A stretch of 64,000 bases of DNA from Dehalococcoidia bacterium. Its GTDB lineage: Bacteria > Chloroflexota > Dehalococcoidia > UBA2979. Location of the stretch: positions 2,752,001 to 2,816,000 of the forward strand of contig OZ244720.1 of NCBI GenBank assembly GCA_965219085.1, written 5' to 3'. The notes beneath the pieces were generated by a model, which was not told where the DNA came from, made no database searches, and was given only the letters and a program-made list of their open reading frames with translations. Position numbers and translations under genes: made by a program. Numbering within the stretch: the first letter of the stretch is position 1; the number at the start of each line of letters is the position of its first letter. This document shows positions 28,351 to 38,025 of this stretch, piece by piece.

Positions 28351-29424
28351 CTACTCCTCGCTTACCGGCTCGTCGAGGCGGTAGAGCGCGGCCATCTGCG
28401 GGTCGCGGTCGGCGATGAGCTTCGCCACGTCGAGGATGACCTGGGCCTGCTTGTAGGTGGCGTCGTCCTGCATCTTGCCGTCGAGCATGACCACGCCCGA
28501 GCCGTCGCCCATGACGTGGTCGATGCGGCGCGCGAACGCCACCTCGTCGGGCGCCGGGCTGAACACGCGATTCGCGATCTCGACCTGGCTCGGGTGCAGC
28601 GACCACGCGCCGACGCAGCCCATCAGGAACGCCGCGCGGAACTGGTCCTCGCACGCCACGGGGTCGGCGATGTCCCCGAACGGGCCGTAGTACGGCAGCG
28701 CGCCCGCCTCGACGCAGGCGTCGACCATGCGTGCGATCGTGTAGTGCCAGAGGTCCTGTTGTGCGGTCGCGCGCGGTGCGTCCGGGTCGTCGGCGTCGGG
28801 GTCCTCGCGCACGAGGTAGCCCGGGTGGCCGCCGCCGACGCGTGTGGTCTTCATGCGCCGCGAGGCGGCGAGGTCGGACGGGCCGAGGCTCATGCCCTGC
28901 ATGCGCGGGCTGGCCTGCGCAATCTCGTCGATGTGGTTCACGCCGCCCGCCGTCTCGAGGATGGCGTGGATGAGCAGCGGCCGCTCAATCCCGTGCCGGC
29001 CCTCGAGTTGCGCGAGCAGCTGGTCGGCGTAGTGGATGTCCCACGGGCCCGTGACCTTCGGGATCATGATCACGTCGAGCGTCTCGCCGATCTCGCCGAC
29101 GAGTTCGGTGAAGTCCTCCAGCACCCACGGGCTGTCGAGGCTGTTGACGCGCGTCCACAGCGAGCAGTCGCCGAGGTCGGCGGTCTGGGCGACCTCGATC
29201 AGGCCGCGGCGCGCCTCGACCTTGCGGTCGGAGGGGACGGCGTCCTCGAGGTTGCCGACCAGCACGTCCACCGTCTGCGCCATCTGCGGCACGCGGGCGC
29301 GCATGCGCTCCTGCGAGGGGTCGAAGAAGTGCAGCGAGCGCGACGGGGTGATCGGGATCTCGCCGACGGGTGCGGGCGCTCCGAGCGCCAGCGGTTTGCG
29401 GAATTCGCGGGGACTGCGGCGCAT
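28351..29424 (-). CDS. mcl: Malyl-CoA/beta-methylmalyl-CoA lyase (Chloroflexus type)
   Basis: [50 protein letters not shown] match Chloroflexus Mcl as I recall it. Confidence 0.9.
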   Translation of the reverse strand: MRRSPREFRKPLALGAPAPVGEIPITPSRSLHFFDPSQERMRARVPQMAQTVDVLVGNLEDAVPSDRKVEARRGLIEVAQTADLGDCSLWTRVNSLDSPWVLEDFTELVGEIGETLDVIMIPKVTGPWDIHYADQLLAQLEGRHGIERPLLIHAILETAGGVNHIDEIAQASPRMQGMSLGPSDLAASRRMKTTRVGGGHPGYLVREDPDADDPDAPRATAQQDLWHYTIARMVDACVEAGALPYYGPFGDIADPVACEDQFRAAFLMGCVGAWSLHPSQVEIANRVFSPAPDEVAFARRIDHVMGDGSGVVMLDGKMQDDATYKQAQVILDVAKLIADRDPQMAALYRLDEPVSEE

Positions 29425-29551
29425 GAAGGGCCTCCACGTGTCGGCTGTTGTCGCGACCGCGCGAGGCGTGCGGCCGGTCCGGGGATACGGGCCGTCGGCA
29501 AGCTAGCGAGCGGCCGGGGTAGGGTCAACGCTTGGCTCGCGCGTGCCCATC

Positions 29552-30466
29552 CTACTCGCGCGTCGCCGCGTCCGCGCGTGGGCGACGGGTCAGCAAGCGG
29601 GGCCGCTCGGAGTCCAGGAACACGCGATCGAGCAGCGCCGCGGGCACGAGGATCGCGAGCCCGGCCGCCGCAAGCCAGAGCGCGTTGCGCACGCCGCCGC
29701 CCAGCAACGAGCTCGCGATCTCCCGCGCCTCGTTGCCGACCACGTCGTCCTCGCCCAGGAACCCGACCCCGACGCGCAGCGCGACCGTCGGCACGATCAC
29801 GAGCGCGGCCGCCGCGACCGCGACAGCGCCAAGCCGAACGAACCGGCCGAGCCCGACCGTGAGCAGCAGGCCCAGCGCGGCGAGGAGCACGCTCAACCGG
29901 CCGAGTGGGGAGACATAGTCCGCCCAGCGATCGTGGCGGTGCGCGGCCAGTCCGTCGATGACGGCCTGCATGAGGCCGGCGCTCGAGAGTCGGGAGACCG
30001 CGGGCAGGTCTCCGCTCGGGTCGGCGAACGCGCCGCTGCCCTCGGCCCGCACCAGCGCGGCACTCTCCGCGAGCAGGCTCGCGCGCAGCGCCGATGGCGT
30101 CGGCGCCCCGGACGCCGATACCTGCACGTCGAGCGGGTAGCCGGGCACGTCGACCGCCCCTCCGGCGGCGACCTGCGAGGCGATCCCGGCGCTGTGGACC
30201 TCGAGGAGCCCGTCGATCTCGGTGAGCACGGCGATCGCGCGCTCCAGCGCGGGCAGCGCAGCCTCCTCGCTGGTTGCCTGTGCGGCGCTGTAGGCGGCCA
30301 GCCAGGCGGCGAGCGTGAGCATGAGCAGCACAGCGGCGATCCAGCCGAGCACGTCGCGGATGCCGCTCCCGGGAGCGAACTCGGTGAAGCCCGGAGATGT
30401 CTCGCCCCAGTCCTCGCCCTCCTCGGGGTGCGGATCGATGGGCGGCAGCGGCCCGCGCGAGCTCAC
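29552..30466 (-). CDS. Hypothetical membrane protein
   Basis: GTGA overlap with the upstream gene; about 4 hydrophobic segments. Confidence 0.7.
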   Translation of the reverse strand: MSSRGPLPPIDPHPEEGEDWGETSPGFTEFAPGSGIRDVLGWIAAVLLMLTLAAWLAAYSAAQATSEEAALPALERAIAVLTEIDGLLEVHSAGIASQVAAGGAVDVPGYPLDVQVSASGAPTPSALRASLLAESAALVRAEGSGAFADPSGDLPAVSRLSSAGLMQAVIDGLAAHRHDRWADYVSPLGRLSVLLAALGLLLTVGLGRFVRLGAVAVAAAALVIVPTVALRVGVGFLGEDDVVGNEAREIASSLLGGGVRNALWLAAAGLAILVPAALLDRVFLDSERPRLLTRRPRADAATRE

Positions 30467-31032
30467 GGGCGGCGCACCACTCGGGTACCGAGCAGGATTT
30501 CGGACGACGTGCGCCAGTCGCCGGGCATCAGGGCTCGCCACGAGCGTCTGCGCCACACGTTCATCATGATCAAGCCTATCCCGCCGCCCAGGAGCTCGAT
30601 GCAGTAGACGACTACTACCACGAGTATCGCGAGCGCTGCGTACACGAGCCCGGCCCCAACCAGGACCGTCGCCGTCAGCCACGCCCACAGCGGCGCTGAT
30701 ACCGGGTGCAACAGCAGCCTCGCAACACGTCGCCTCGGGCCGCCCTCGACGGCAAGCCCGAGCCGGGCCTGCCCGAAGGTGGCGCCGCGCAGGTACATGC
30801 GGCCGGCCTGCCACGCCGCCCACGCAGGTGCGGTCGCGCCGATGAGCGCGGCGGCCACCAGCGCGTCGCCGGCTGGCGCATCGTAGCGGCCCGCCTGCGT
30901 GCGCAGCAGGAGCCACCCGAGCGCCAGGAGCCCCGCCACGACGACCATGAGCAGTAGCGCCATCCAGTCGATCAACAGGGCGAGCAGCCCCGCTACGAAT
31001 CCGGGCTGCCGCTCGTCTCGGGTCTCGGCCAC
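30463..31032 (-). CDS. RDD-family membrane protein
   Basis: ALLIDW, GATFGQARLGL, C-terminal LGTRVV; TATGAT 6 nt before the GTG. Confidence 0.7.
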   Translation of the reverse strand: MAETRDERQPGFVAGLLALLIDWMALLLMVVVAGLLALGWLLLRTQAGRYDAPAGDALVAAALIGATAPAWAAWQAGRMYLRGATFGQARLGLAVEGGPRRRVARLLLHPVSAPLWAWLTATVLVGAGLVYAALAILVVVVVYCIELLGGGIGLIMMNVWRRRSWRALMPGDWRTSSEILLGTRVVRRP

Positions 31033-31100
31033 ACCGCGATCATACGGCCCGATGCCCGCGCGCGCGCTCACCGGGCGCGGCGGCGCGGTACGGTGGATCG

Positions 31101-32228
31101 GTGCAGTGGCCATCGATGTCTGTACGGGTCGCCGTCGCCGCGTTCGCGCTCGCCTTCGGGCTCTGGCTGAGCCTGTTCGCGCTGCGCGAGGCACGCGCCG
31201 GCGACGACTTCGACCTCGTCCGCTGGGAGTTCACTACTGTCGCGAACAAGGCGCTGTTCTCGATCGGCGCACCGGTCCGCGACGACCCGTCCGCCGAGGG
31301 CGCCGTGCGCCGCTACTTCAGCCTCGATGACCGCTACGGCGCCGAGGCGCGGAGGCTCGAGAACACTGTCGAGGCCGTGGTCGAGGGCCGCGTCGACGCC
31401 GCGATCCGCGAGGCGGGTATCGATTCCCCGTTCGGCTTGCCCGGCGCGCTCGCCGTCTGGCCACCGGTGGACATCGAGCTCACCCGCTCGCCGCGCGTGC
31501 TGGTCAGCTCGCCGCGCGCGGAGATCAAGCGTGTCGAGGATCGCCTGCTGCGCGCGGACCTCACCACGCGCGAGCGCGACAGCATCGAGCTGGGCGCGGA
31601 GGCGAGCGACCCCTCGATCTCCGTACTCGCCGTGCCCACGGGCGGCGTGGCGACGTACCCGGCGATCGTGCGGGCCTCGGCGAGCTACCGCTCGCTGGTC
31701 GCGACGGCCGCGCACGAGTGGGTGCACCACTACCTGGCCTTCTACCCGCTGGGTCGGGCGATCTACGAGGACCCCGACGGGCTGACCATCAACGAAACCG
31801 TCGCCGGCATCGCGGGAGACGAACTCGGCGAGATGGTGCTCGCGCGGCACGGTGACCCTGTCCCGCCTCGCGCGCCGACGACCGCGCCCACCATCGACCG
31901 CGACGAGGAGTTGCGGGAACTGCACACCGAGGTGAACTCGTTGCTCGCCGCGGGCCGGATCGCGGAGGCGGAACGGCGGATGGAGGAGGTACGGCAGCTC
32001 CTCGAGGACCACGGGGTCTACGTCCGCCGCATCAACCAGGCGTTCTTCGCCTTCTACGGCACGTACGCATCGCGACCCGACGCGATCCACCCGCTCGGCG
32101 CCCAGCTGATCGAGATACGCGGTCGAGCGGGCTCGTTGGCGCGCTTCCTGGAGCTCGTGCGAGGGGTGAGCAGTGCCGTCGAGGTGGAGGAGCTGCTGGA
32201 GCGACTGCGCGCGCCGGGCGGACGGTAG
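31101..32228 (+). CDS. Secreted or membrane-anchored HEXXH zinc metallopeptidase-like protein
   Basis: N-terminal hydrophobic helix, AHEWVHH...NETVA. Confidence 0.7.
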   Translation: MQWPSMSVRVAVAAFALAFGLWLSLFALREARAGDDFDLVRWEFTTVANKALFSIGAPVRDDPSAEGAVRRYFSLDDRYGAEARRLENTVEAVVEGRVDAAIREAGIDSPFGLPGALAVWPPVDIELTRSPRVLVSSPRAEIKRVEDRLLRADLTTRERDSIELGAEASDPSISVLAVPTGGVATYPAIVRASASYRSLVATAAHEWVHHYLAFYPLGRAIYEDPDGLTINETVAGIAGDELGEMVLARHGDPVPPRAPTTAPTIDRDEELRELHTEVNSLLAAGRIAEAERRMEEVRQLLEDHGVYVRRINQAFFAFYGTYASRPDAIHPLGAQLIEIRGRAGSLARFLELVRGVSSAVEVEELLERLRAPGGR

Positions 32229-32230
32229 CG

Positions 32231-35200
32231 CTACTCGCCGTTTCGGACGGTCACGGTGACGCGCGTCTCGGCGACGTTGTCGTCCTTGTCCCGCACGGCG
32301 AGACGGATGGTGTAGACACCGTCGGCGACCGTGGTCGTATCCCAGGACCCGAGGGGCCCCGTGATGCTGATCCGGCTATCGCGACGGAGATTCGTCCACT
32401 CGGCAGGTTGCCTGCCTTCGCCGACGTCGATGGTCACCTGGCGCAACTGGATGGCGAACGCGACGCCGCGCAGGGTGACCTGACCGGACAGCTCTGCATC
32501 CGACTGTGGTTGCGCGATCTGTGCGATCGGCGCACGGTCGTACCCCGCCGCCTCGTCGCCGTTGCTGACCGAGACGGGCGCCGAGAACCACAGGCGCCCG
32601 CGCTCGGCGTCCTCGAGGCGAATCCGCAGCGTGTACGCGCCATCCGTCAACGCTGTCGTATCCCACTCAGCAAGCACCCCGGCCGTCACGGGATCGCTGG
32701 ACTCTTGCAAGAGCTGCCAGGAGGCCGGATTCGACCCGCGGCCCCATTCCACGGCGTAGGACACGAACTCGGGCGACGTCGCGCGCCCTCCGATCATGAC
32801 CGAGCCCGAGACGTCCTCCGAGCCATCAGGCGAGGAGATGAACACGAACTCCCGCGCATCCGTGGTGATCTCGAGGGGCGCGAGCTGGTGCGTGATGTCC
32901 ACTTCCGCCGCCCACTCATCGAGACCGTCCCACTCCTCGATCTCTTCGGGGGGCAGCACGAGTCGCACTTCGCGCGACACGAAGGTCGCCGGGGTGTCCG
33001 GGGCGGCCAGCAGCCCGGTGCGCGTGTCGATGTCAACCGGTTGCCACCACGTGTCCTCGAGGCGAGCGAGGTCGTCATCGTCGCCCTCCAACAGCTCCTC
33101 GGCGAACAGGCCGGTGTAGCGCGCGGCCGTAGGACAGTACTTCGTGGGGAGCATGCCGGACGGCCAGCAGAGCTCGCGCGATTCGATCCCGCCGGGGCTC
33201 TCGAACGTGCTCGGCGCAATCTGGAGATGGTCATGCGCGAAGGCCATGAAGTCCCGCCACGACCGCCACGAGATGCGCGTCGAGGTGATGTTGACCATCG
33301 GAGAGTTGTCGGCGTTGCCTGCCCACACCCCCGCCACCAGGTCGGGCGTGTAGCCGAACGCCCACGTATCGCCGATCTCGCGCGAGTCCTCGTACGGCTC
33401 GCTTGTGCCGGTCTTCTGCGCCGACGTCCGGCCCGGCAGGTTCAGGCCGCCGCATCCGAATGTGAGGCACTGCGTATCGGGGTCCGACAGGATCGCCGTG
33501 ATGAGGTACGCGAAGTTCGGCCCGACGACGCGCCGCTCGGTCGGCTCCTCGAACTGGTACAGCACCGTGCCGGCGTGGTCGCTCACGCGCAGCAGGGCCA
33601 CAGGGTCGATGGTGCGCTCACCCGGGTCGTAGCGCTCGAGGGCGTCCTGCCCGCGCATCACGCCGTTGTTCGCGAGCACGCTGAAGGCGAGGACCATGTC
33701 CTCGAGCTTCACGTCGACGCCACCGAGCGTGAGCGAGGGCCCGTAGCCGAGTGGGTTGTCGAGCGTCGTGATCCCCACCTGCTTGTAGACGGCCATCGTG
33801 TTCTCGACCCCGGCGAAGAGGATCGCCTTGAATGCCGGGATGTTGAGCGAGTTGCCCAGCGCGTCGCCGGCCGGGATGACGCCCTGGTAGGTCCCGCTCG
33901 GGTTGCGCGGCTGGAAGAAGTCGCCCGTTGCGGGGTCGATGACCTTCGTGGGCGTGTCGAGGATGCCGGCGCCGGTGCTCCAGCCCTGCATGAAGGCCGT
34001 CATGTAGGTGAACGGCTTGAGCGTCGAACCGGGCGAGTTCAACGAGATCGCGTTGTCGTTGCGGCCCTCGATGTCCTCGCGGAAGTAGTCGCGGCTGCCG
34101 ACGTAGACGAGGATCTGTCCGGTCTTCGGGTCCATCGCGTAGAACGCGCCGTTGTGGCCGTCGGAGCTCTCCTCGAACTCGGAGATCTTCTCCTCGAGGA
34201 TCCGTTCGGCCTCGCGCTGCAGTCCGAGGTCGAGGGTGGTGACGACCTCCAGCCCGTCCTCGTAGAGGGCGCGCTCACCGAAGCGTTGCGAGATCTCCTC
34301 GGCGATGCGCCCAAGGATGAAGTGCGGCGCCTCGATGTCGAAGCGGTTGGCCTTGAACTCCAGCTCCGTGCTGCGCGCGCGGGCCGCCTCGACCTCGCCG
34401 ATGATGCCGTGCCGCACCATGAGGCCGAGCACCTCGTGCTGGCGGGCAATCGCGATCGCCTCGTTCGTGAGCGGGTTGTAGCGCGCGGGCGAGGCGGGAA
34501 TGCCTGCCAGGAGCGCCGCTTCCGGGAGCGTCAGCTCGCTCGCCTGCTTGCCGAAGTAGCCCTCGGACGCCGCCTCGATGCCGACGTAGATGCCGCCGTA
34601 CGAGATCGAGTTGAGGTACCACTCGAGGATCTGATCCTTCGTGTAGCGCTCCGTCAGCTCCAGCGCGATCGCCGCCTCCTTGAGTTTGCGTTCGACGGTG
34701 CGCGCGGCGCGCTCTTCCTTCGGGATGTACACGTTCTTCGCGAGCTGCTGTGTGATCGAGGAGCCGCCGGTGCCTTCGAAGAAGTCCGAGCCACCGAACG
34801 GCGAGAGGTTCTCGACCCCGGCGCGCGCGAGCCCGCGCACGTTGAGCCCGTTGTTCTCGTAGAAGCTGGCATCCTCGGTGGCGATGGTCGCGAGCACGAC
34901 CCAGCGCGAGATGTCCTCGAGCGGGACGGGGCGGCGCAGACCGCCGAACTCGTCGATGAATTCGTAGAGCAGGACGCCGTTGCGGTCGTAGATGCGGGCC
35001 CCGCCGCGCGGGAGATCCGCCAGCAACTGCTCGGGCGGCACGACGTTGATGACGAACTCGTCGTACTTCTTCTTCCCGTAGAGCAATGAGCCGCCGGCCG
35101 TGGCGACGGCGCCGACGACGAACAGCGCGAGGAGCCCCGCCAGGATCCAGACCCAGCGTCCGAGGTGCAGCCCGCCGCCGTTGCCGTTCGAGCGGCGCCG

Positions 35201-35239
35201 GCGGGATCGCCGTCGCAGTACGCGTCGCGTCGGGGTCAT
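32231..35239 (-). CDS. Class A penicillin-binding protein with two C-terminal Ig-like repeats
   Basis: EDASFY, GGSSITQQLAKN, RKLKE, STLK, SLN, KTGT; two ...WDTT...DG.YT.R repeats. Confidence 0.93.
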   Translation of the reverse strand: MTPTRRVLRRRSRRRRSNGNGGGLHLGRWVWILAGLLALFVVGAVATAGGSLLYGKKKYDEFVINVVPPEQLLADLPRGGARIYDRNGVLLYEFIDEFGGLRRPVPLEDISRWVVLATIATEDASFYENNGLNVRGLARAGVENLSPFGGSDFFEGTGGSSITQQLAKNVYIPKEERAARTVERKLKEAAIALELTERYTKDQILEWYLNSISYGGIYVGIEAASEGYFGKQASELTLPEAALLAGIPASPARYNPLTNEAIAIARQHEVLGLMVRHGIIGEVEAARARSTELEFKANRFDIEAPHFILGRIAEEISQRFGERALYEDGLEVVTTLDLGLQREAERILEEKISEFEESSDGHNGAFYAMDPKTGQILVYVGSRDYFREDIEGRNDNAISLNSPGSTLKPFTYMTAFMQGWSTGAGILDTPTKVIDPATGDFFQPRNPSGTYQGVIPAGDALGNSLNIPAFKAILFAGVENTMAVYKQVGITTLDNPLGYGPSLTLGGVDVKLEDMVLAFSVLANNGVMRGQDALERYDPGERTIDPVALLRVSDHAGTVLYQFEEPTERRVVGPNFAYLITAILSDPDTQCLTFGCGGLNLPGRTSAQKTGTSEPYEDSREIGDTWAFGYTPDLVAGVWAGNADNSPMVNITSTRISWRSWRDFMAFAHDHLQIAPSTFESPGGIESRELCWPSGMLPTKYCPTAARYTGLFAEELLEGDDDDLARLEDTWWQPVDIDTRTGLLAAPDTPATFVSREVRLVLPPEEIEEWDGLDEWAAEVDITHQLAPLEITTDAREFVFISSPDGSEDVSGSVMIGGRATSPEFVSYAVEWGRGSNPASWQLLQESSDPVTAGVLAEWDTTALTDGAYTLRIRLEDAERGRLWFSAPVSVSNGDEAAGYDRAPIAQIAQPQSDAELSGQVTLRGVAFAIQLRQVTIDVGEGRQPAEWTNLRRDSRISITGPLGSWDTTTVADGVYTIRLAVRDKDDNVAETRVTVTVRNGE

Positions 35240-36033
35240 GCGGCGCCCCGCACGCGCAGCACCAGCAGGTGCGACAGCCCGAACCGGCGCCACCGCGTCT
35301 CCTCGGCGCGGTAGCAGACCGCGCGCACGACACGCGCGAGCCGCGGCCAGCGGGCGGCGATGTTGTCGAAGCCGGGATACACGTAGCCGTGCTCAAGGAC
35401 CTCGAGGCCGGAGGCGGCCAGCAGCGGCGCCCAGTCGCCTGCCTCGTAGACGCGGGCGTGCGGCACCAGCCGGTCACGCAGGCGTCGCGGCAGCCAGTTC
35501 ACGAGCGGGATGTTGCCGAACACGTACCGGCGGCGCAGGAAGATGCCGTGCGTCTCGAACGGGTAGAGCCGGTTCGGGGCGAAGATCACGGCGCGCCCGC
35601 CCGGGGCCAGCACGCGCGCCACCTCGCGCAGCGTCTCGACCTCGTCGGCGACATGCTCGATGACCTCGTTCAGCACCACGACGTCCAGTGAGCCGCTCGC
35701 GAACGGCAGCGTCTCGCCCGCGGCGGCGACGAGGCCGCGCGCGCCGCGCGCGCGTCCCTCGGCGAGGCGGGCGCGCTCGATGTCACAGCCGAGCGCCGAG
35801 GCGCCGGCCTGCCCGAACGCGCGCACGTACTCGCCGACCCCACAGCCGAGGTCCAGCACGCGCCGGCCGGCGAGCGGGACGTGGCGCTCGATGATCGCGA
35901 GGCGGCGCTGCTGGCCCGATCGCCAGACGAAGCTCGGGTTGCCCAGCCGCGCGGCGTCGGGCGCTTCGAGGTCCCTCGCCGGCCGCGCGGCCGGCGATTC
36001 GTGGGGTGTGACCGGTGGGGCCTGTTCAGCGAT
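35236..36033 (-). CDS. Class I SAM-dependent methyltransferase (start uncertain, candidate ATC 36033)
   Basis: VLDLGCGVG, EVIEHV, RVLAPGG. Confidence 0.85.
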   Translation of the reverse strand: MAEQAPPVTPHESPAARPARDLEAPDAARLGNPSFVWRSGQQRRLAIIERHVPLAGRRVLDLGCGVGEYVRAFGQAGASALGCDIERARLAEGRARGARGLVAAAGETLPFASGSLDVVVLNEVIEHVADEVETLREVARVLAPGGRAVIFAPNRLYPFETHGIFLRRRYVFGNIPLVNWLPRRLRDRLVPHARVYEAGDWAPLLAASGLEVLEHGYVYPGFDNIAARWPRLARVVRAVCYRAEETRWRRFGLSHLLVLRVRGAA

Positions 36034-36191
36034 CGCTTTGCTCCCGGCCGATGGTGGGGCAGTGGGGGAGTGGCTCCGATCGTATCCGCTGACCGGCGGC
36101 GACGCGAGCGCCAGCGTGGCTATGGTGCGACCCGTTATTTCGCACATATAGTGAGCGCACGGTTTCCGCTCCGATCGCCACGAGGTGCGCC

Positions 36192-36479
36192 CTGGAACTC
36201 ACCGCCGCCGACGTACGCCATATCGCGCAGCTTGCCCGCGTCGCGCTCAGCGACGACGAGGTCGAGCGCTTCCGCCCGGAACTGTCGAGCATCCTCGAAC
36301 ATTGCCAGGCCCTCAACGGCGTCGACACCGCCGACGTGCCGCCCACGGCCCAGTCGTTCAACCTCGTCAACGTCGAACGCGCCGACGAGCCGGCGTCCTC
36401 GGAGCCTACCGAGGATGTGCTGTCCAACGCTCCCCGCCGTGAGGCCGACTACTTCCGCGTGCGCGCGGTGCTCGACTAG
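36192..36479 (+). CDS. gatC: Asp-tRNA(Asn)/Glu-tRNA(Gln) amidotransferase subunit C (CTG start; absent from ORF track)
   Basis: ELTAADVRHIAQLARVAL...VDTADVPPT...VLSNAP...YFRVRAVLD*, directly upstream of gatA. Confidence 0.92.
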   Translation: MELTAADVRHIAQLARVALSDDEVERFRPELSSILEHCQALNGVDTADVPPTAQSFNLVNVERADEPASSEPTEDVLSNAPRREADYFRVRAVLD

Positions 36480-36486
36480 GCGCGCC

Positions 36487-38025
36487 GTGACGTCAGACGC
36501 CGCCGACCAGGCTCCCATCGACCTCGATCGAGCCGCGCACGAGCACGCCGCGGCGTTGCGCGCCGGCGCGTACACAGCGCGCGCCCTCGCCGAGGCCACG
36601 CTCGACCGCGTCGAGGCGCAGGAGCCGGCGCTCAACGCCTACGTCACGCTCACCCGCGAGGAGGCGCTCGCGCAGGCGGACGCCGCCGACGCGCGCATCC
36701 GCGCCGGCGATGCGGCCCCGCTGACCGGCGTCCCGATCGCGCTCAAGGACGTGCTCTCCACGCGCGGCGTCCAGACGACCGCCGGCTCGCGCATGCTCGA
36801 GGGCTTCGTGCCCGTCATCGACTGCACCGTGGTGGCGCGGCTGCGCGAGCAGGGCGCGGTCTTCGTCGGCAAGGCAAACATGGACGAGTTCGCGATGGGA
36901 TCGTCGACCGAGCACTCGGCGTACGGCGCGACGCGCAACCCGTGGGACCTCGAGCGTGTGCCGGGCGGCTCCTCGGGCGGGTCGGCGGCGACGGTCGCCG
37001 CCGGCGGCGTGCCGATCTCGCTCGGCACTGACACCGGCGGATCGATCCGCCAGCCCGCCGCGCTCACGGGCATCCTCGGTCTCAAGCCCACGTACGGCCG
37101 CGTCAGCCGCTACGGCGTTGTCGCCTTCGCGTCCTCGCTCGAGCAGGTCGGGCCCTTCGGCCGCGACGCGCGCGACGTGGCGACGCTGCTCCAGGCCATC
37201 GCCGGCCACGACCCCAACGACTCGACCACCGCGCTCGCGCCCGTGCCCGACTACCTCGACTCGCTCGGTCGCGGCCTCGACGGCCTGCGCGTCGGCGTCC
37301 CCGCCGAGGCGATGTCCGAGGGCCTCGAAGACGGCGTGCGCGAGGCGTTCGAGCAGGCCGTCGACGCGCTGGGGCGCGCGGGCGCGCACGTCGACCGCGA
37401 TGTCGCACTGCCATCGATCGACGTGGCGTTGTCGGCGTACTACATCATCGCGCCAGCCGAGGCCTCGGCGAACCTCGCGCGCTACGACGGGGTGAAGTAC
37501 GGCTACAGCGTCCTCGACGGCGACTCGATGTGGGAGGAGATGGAGCAGACGCGCGGACGCGGCTTCGGCGACGAGGTCAAGCGGCGCATCATGATCGGCA
37601 CCTACGCCCTCTCCGCCGGCTACTACGACGCCTACTACCTCCAGGCGCAGAAGGTGCGCACCGTCATCCGCCGGGAGTTCGACGCAGCCTTCGCCGACCA
37701 CCACCTGATCGTCACGCCCACCTCGCCGGGCGTGGCGTTCCCCCTCGGCGCGAAGCTCGACGATCCCCTCGCGATGTACCTCAACGACCTGTTCACGATC
37801 CCGGTGAACATCGCGGGCAACCCCGGGCTGAGCGTGCCGTGTGGCTTCTCCGAGGGCCTGCCCGTCGGACTACATCTCATCGGCGCGCCGTTCGCCGAGG
37901 CGACGCTGCTGCGCGCCGCGCACGCGTTCGCCGAGGTGACGGACTGGCACGCGCGCCGGCCGCCCGCTACGGCGATGTTGAGCGATACTGTGCCGAATGT
38001 GGTGGGTGATGGAGGCGTTTCGTGA
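36487..38025 (+). CDS. gatA: Amidotransferase subunit A
   Basis: DEFAMGSS, PGGSSGGS, GTDTGGSIRQPA, EVKRRIMIGTYALSAGYYDAYY. Confidence 0.96.
   Translation: MTSDAADQAPIDLDRAAHEHAAALRAGAYTARALAEATLDRVEAQEPALNAYVTLTREEALAQADAADARIRAGDAAPLTGVPIALKDVLSTRGVQTTAGSRMLEGFVPVIDCTVVARLREQGAVFVGKANMDEFAMGSSTEHSAYGATRNPWDLERVPGGSSGGSAATVAAGGVPISLGTDTGGSIRQPAALTGILGLKPTYGRVSRYGVVAFASSLEQVGPFGRDARDVATLLQAIAGHDPNDSTTALAPVPDYLDSLGRGLDGLRVGVPAEAMSEGLEDGVREAFEQAVDALGRAGAHVDRDVALPSIDVALSAYYIIAPAEASANLARYDGVKYGYSVLDGDSMWEEMEQTRGRGFGDEVKRRIMIGTYALSAGYYDAYYLQAQKVRTVIRREFDAAFADHHLIVTPTSPGVAFPLGAKLDDPLAMYLNDLFTIPVNIAGNPGLSVPCGFSEGLPVGLHLIGAPFAEATLLRAAHAFAEVTDWHARRPPATAMLSDTVPNVVGDGGVS

Noticed and set aside
32408-35089. 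Long antisense ORFs (this 893-aa one and many similar, e.g. 5824-7602, 45653-47458)
   Set aside because: Shadow frames of high-GC genes with no recognisable motifs.
36140-36153. NrdR-box-like TCGCACATATAGTG upstream of gatC
   Set aside because: Only the right half matches and the context is unrelated to nucleotide reduction.
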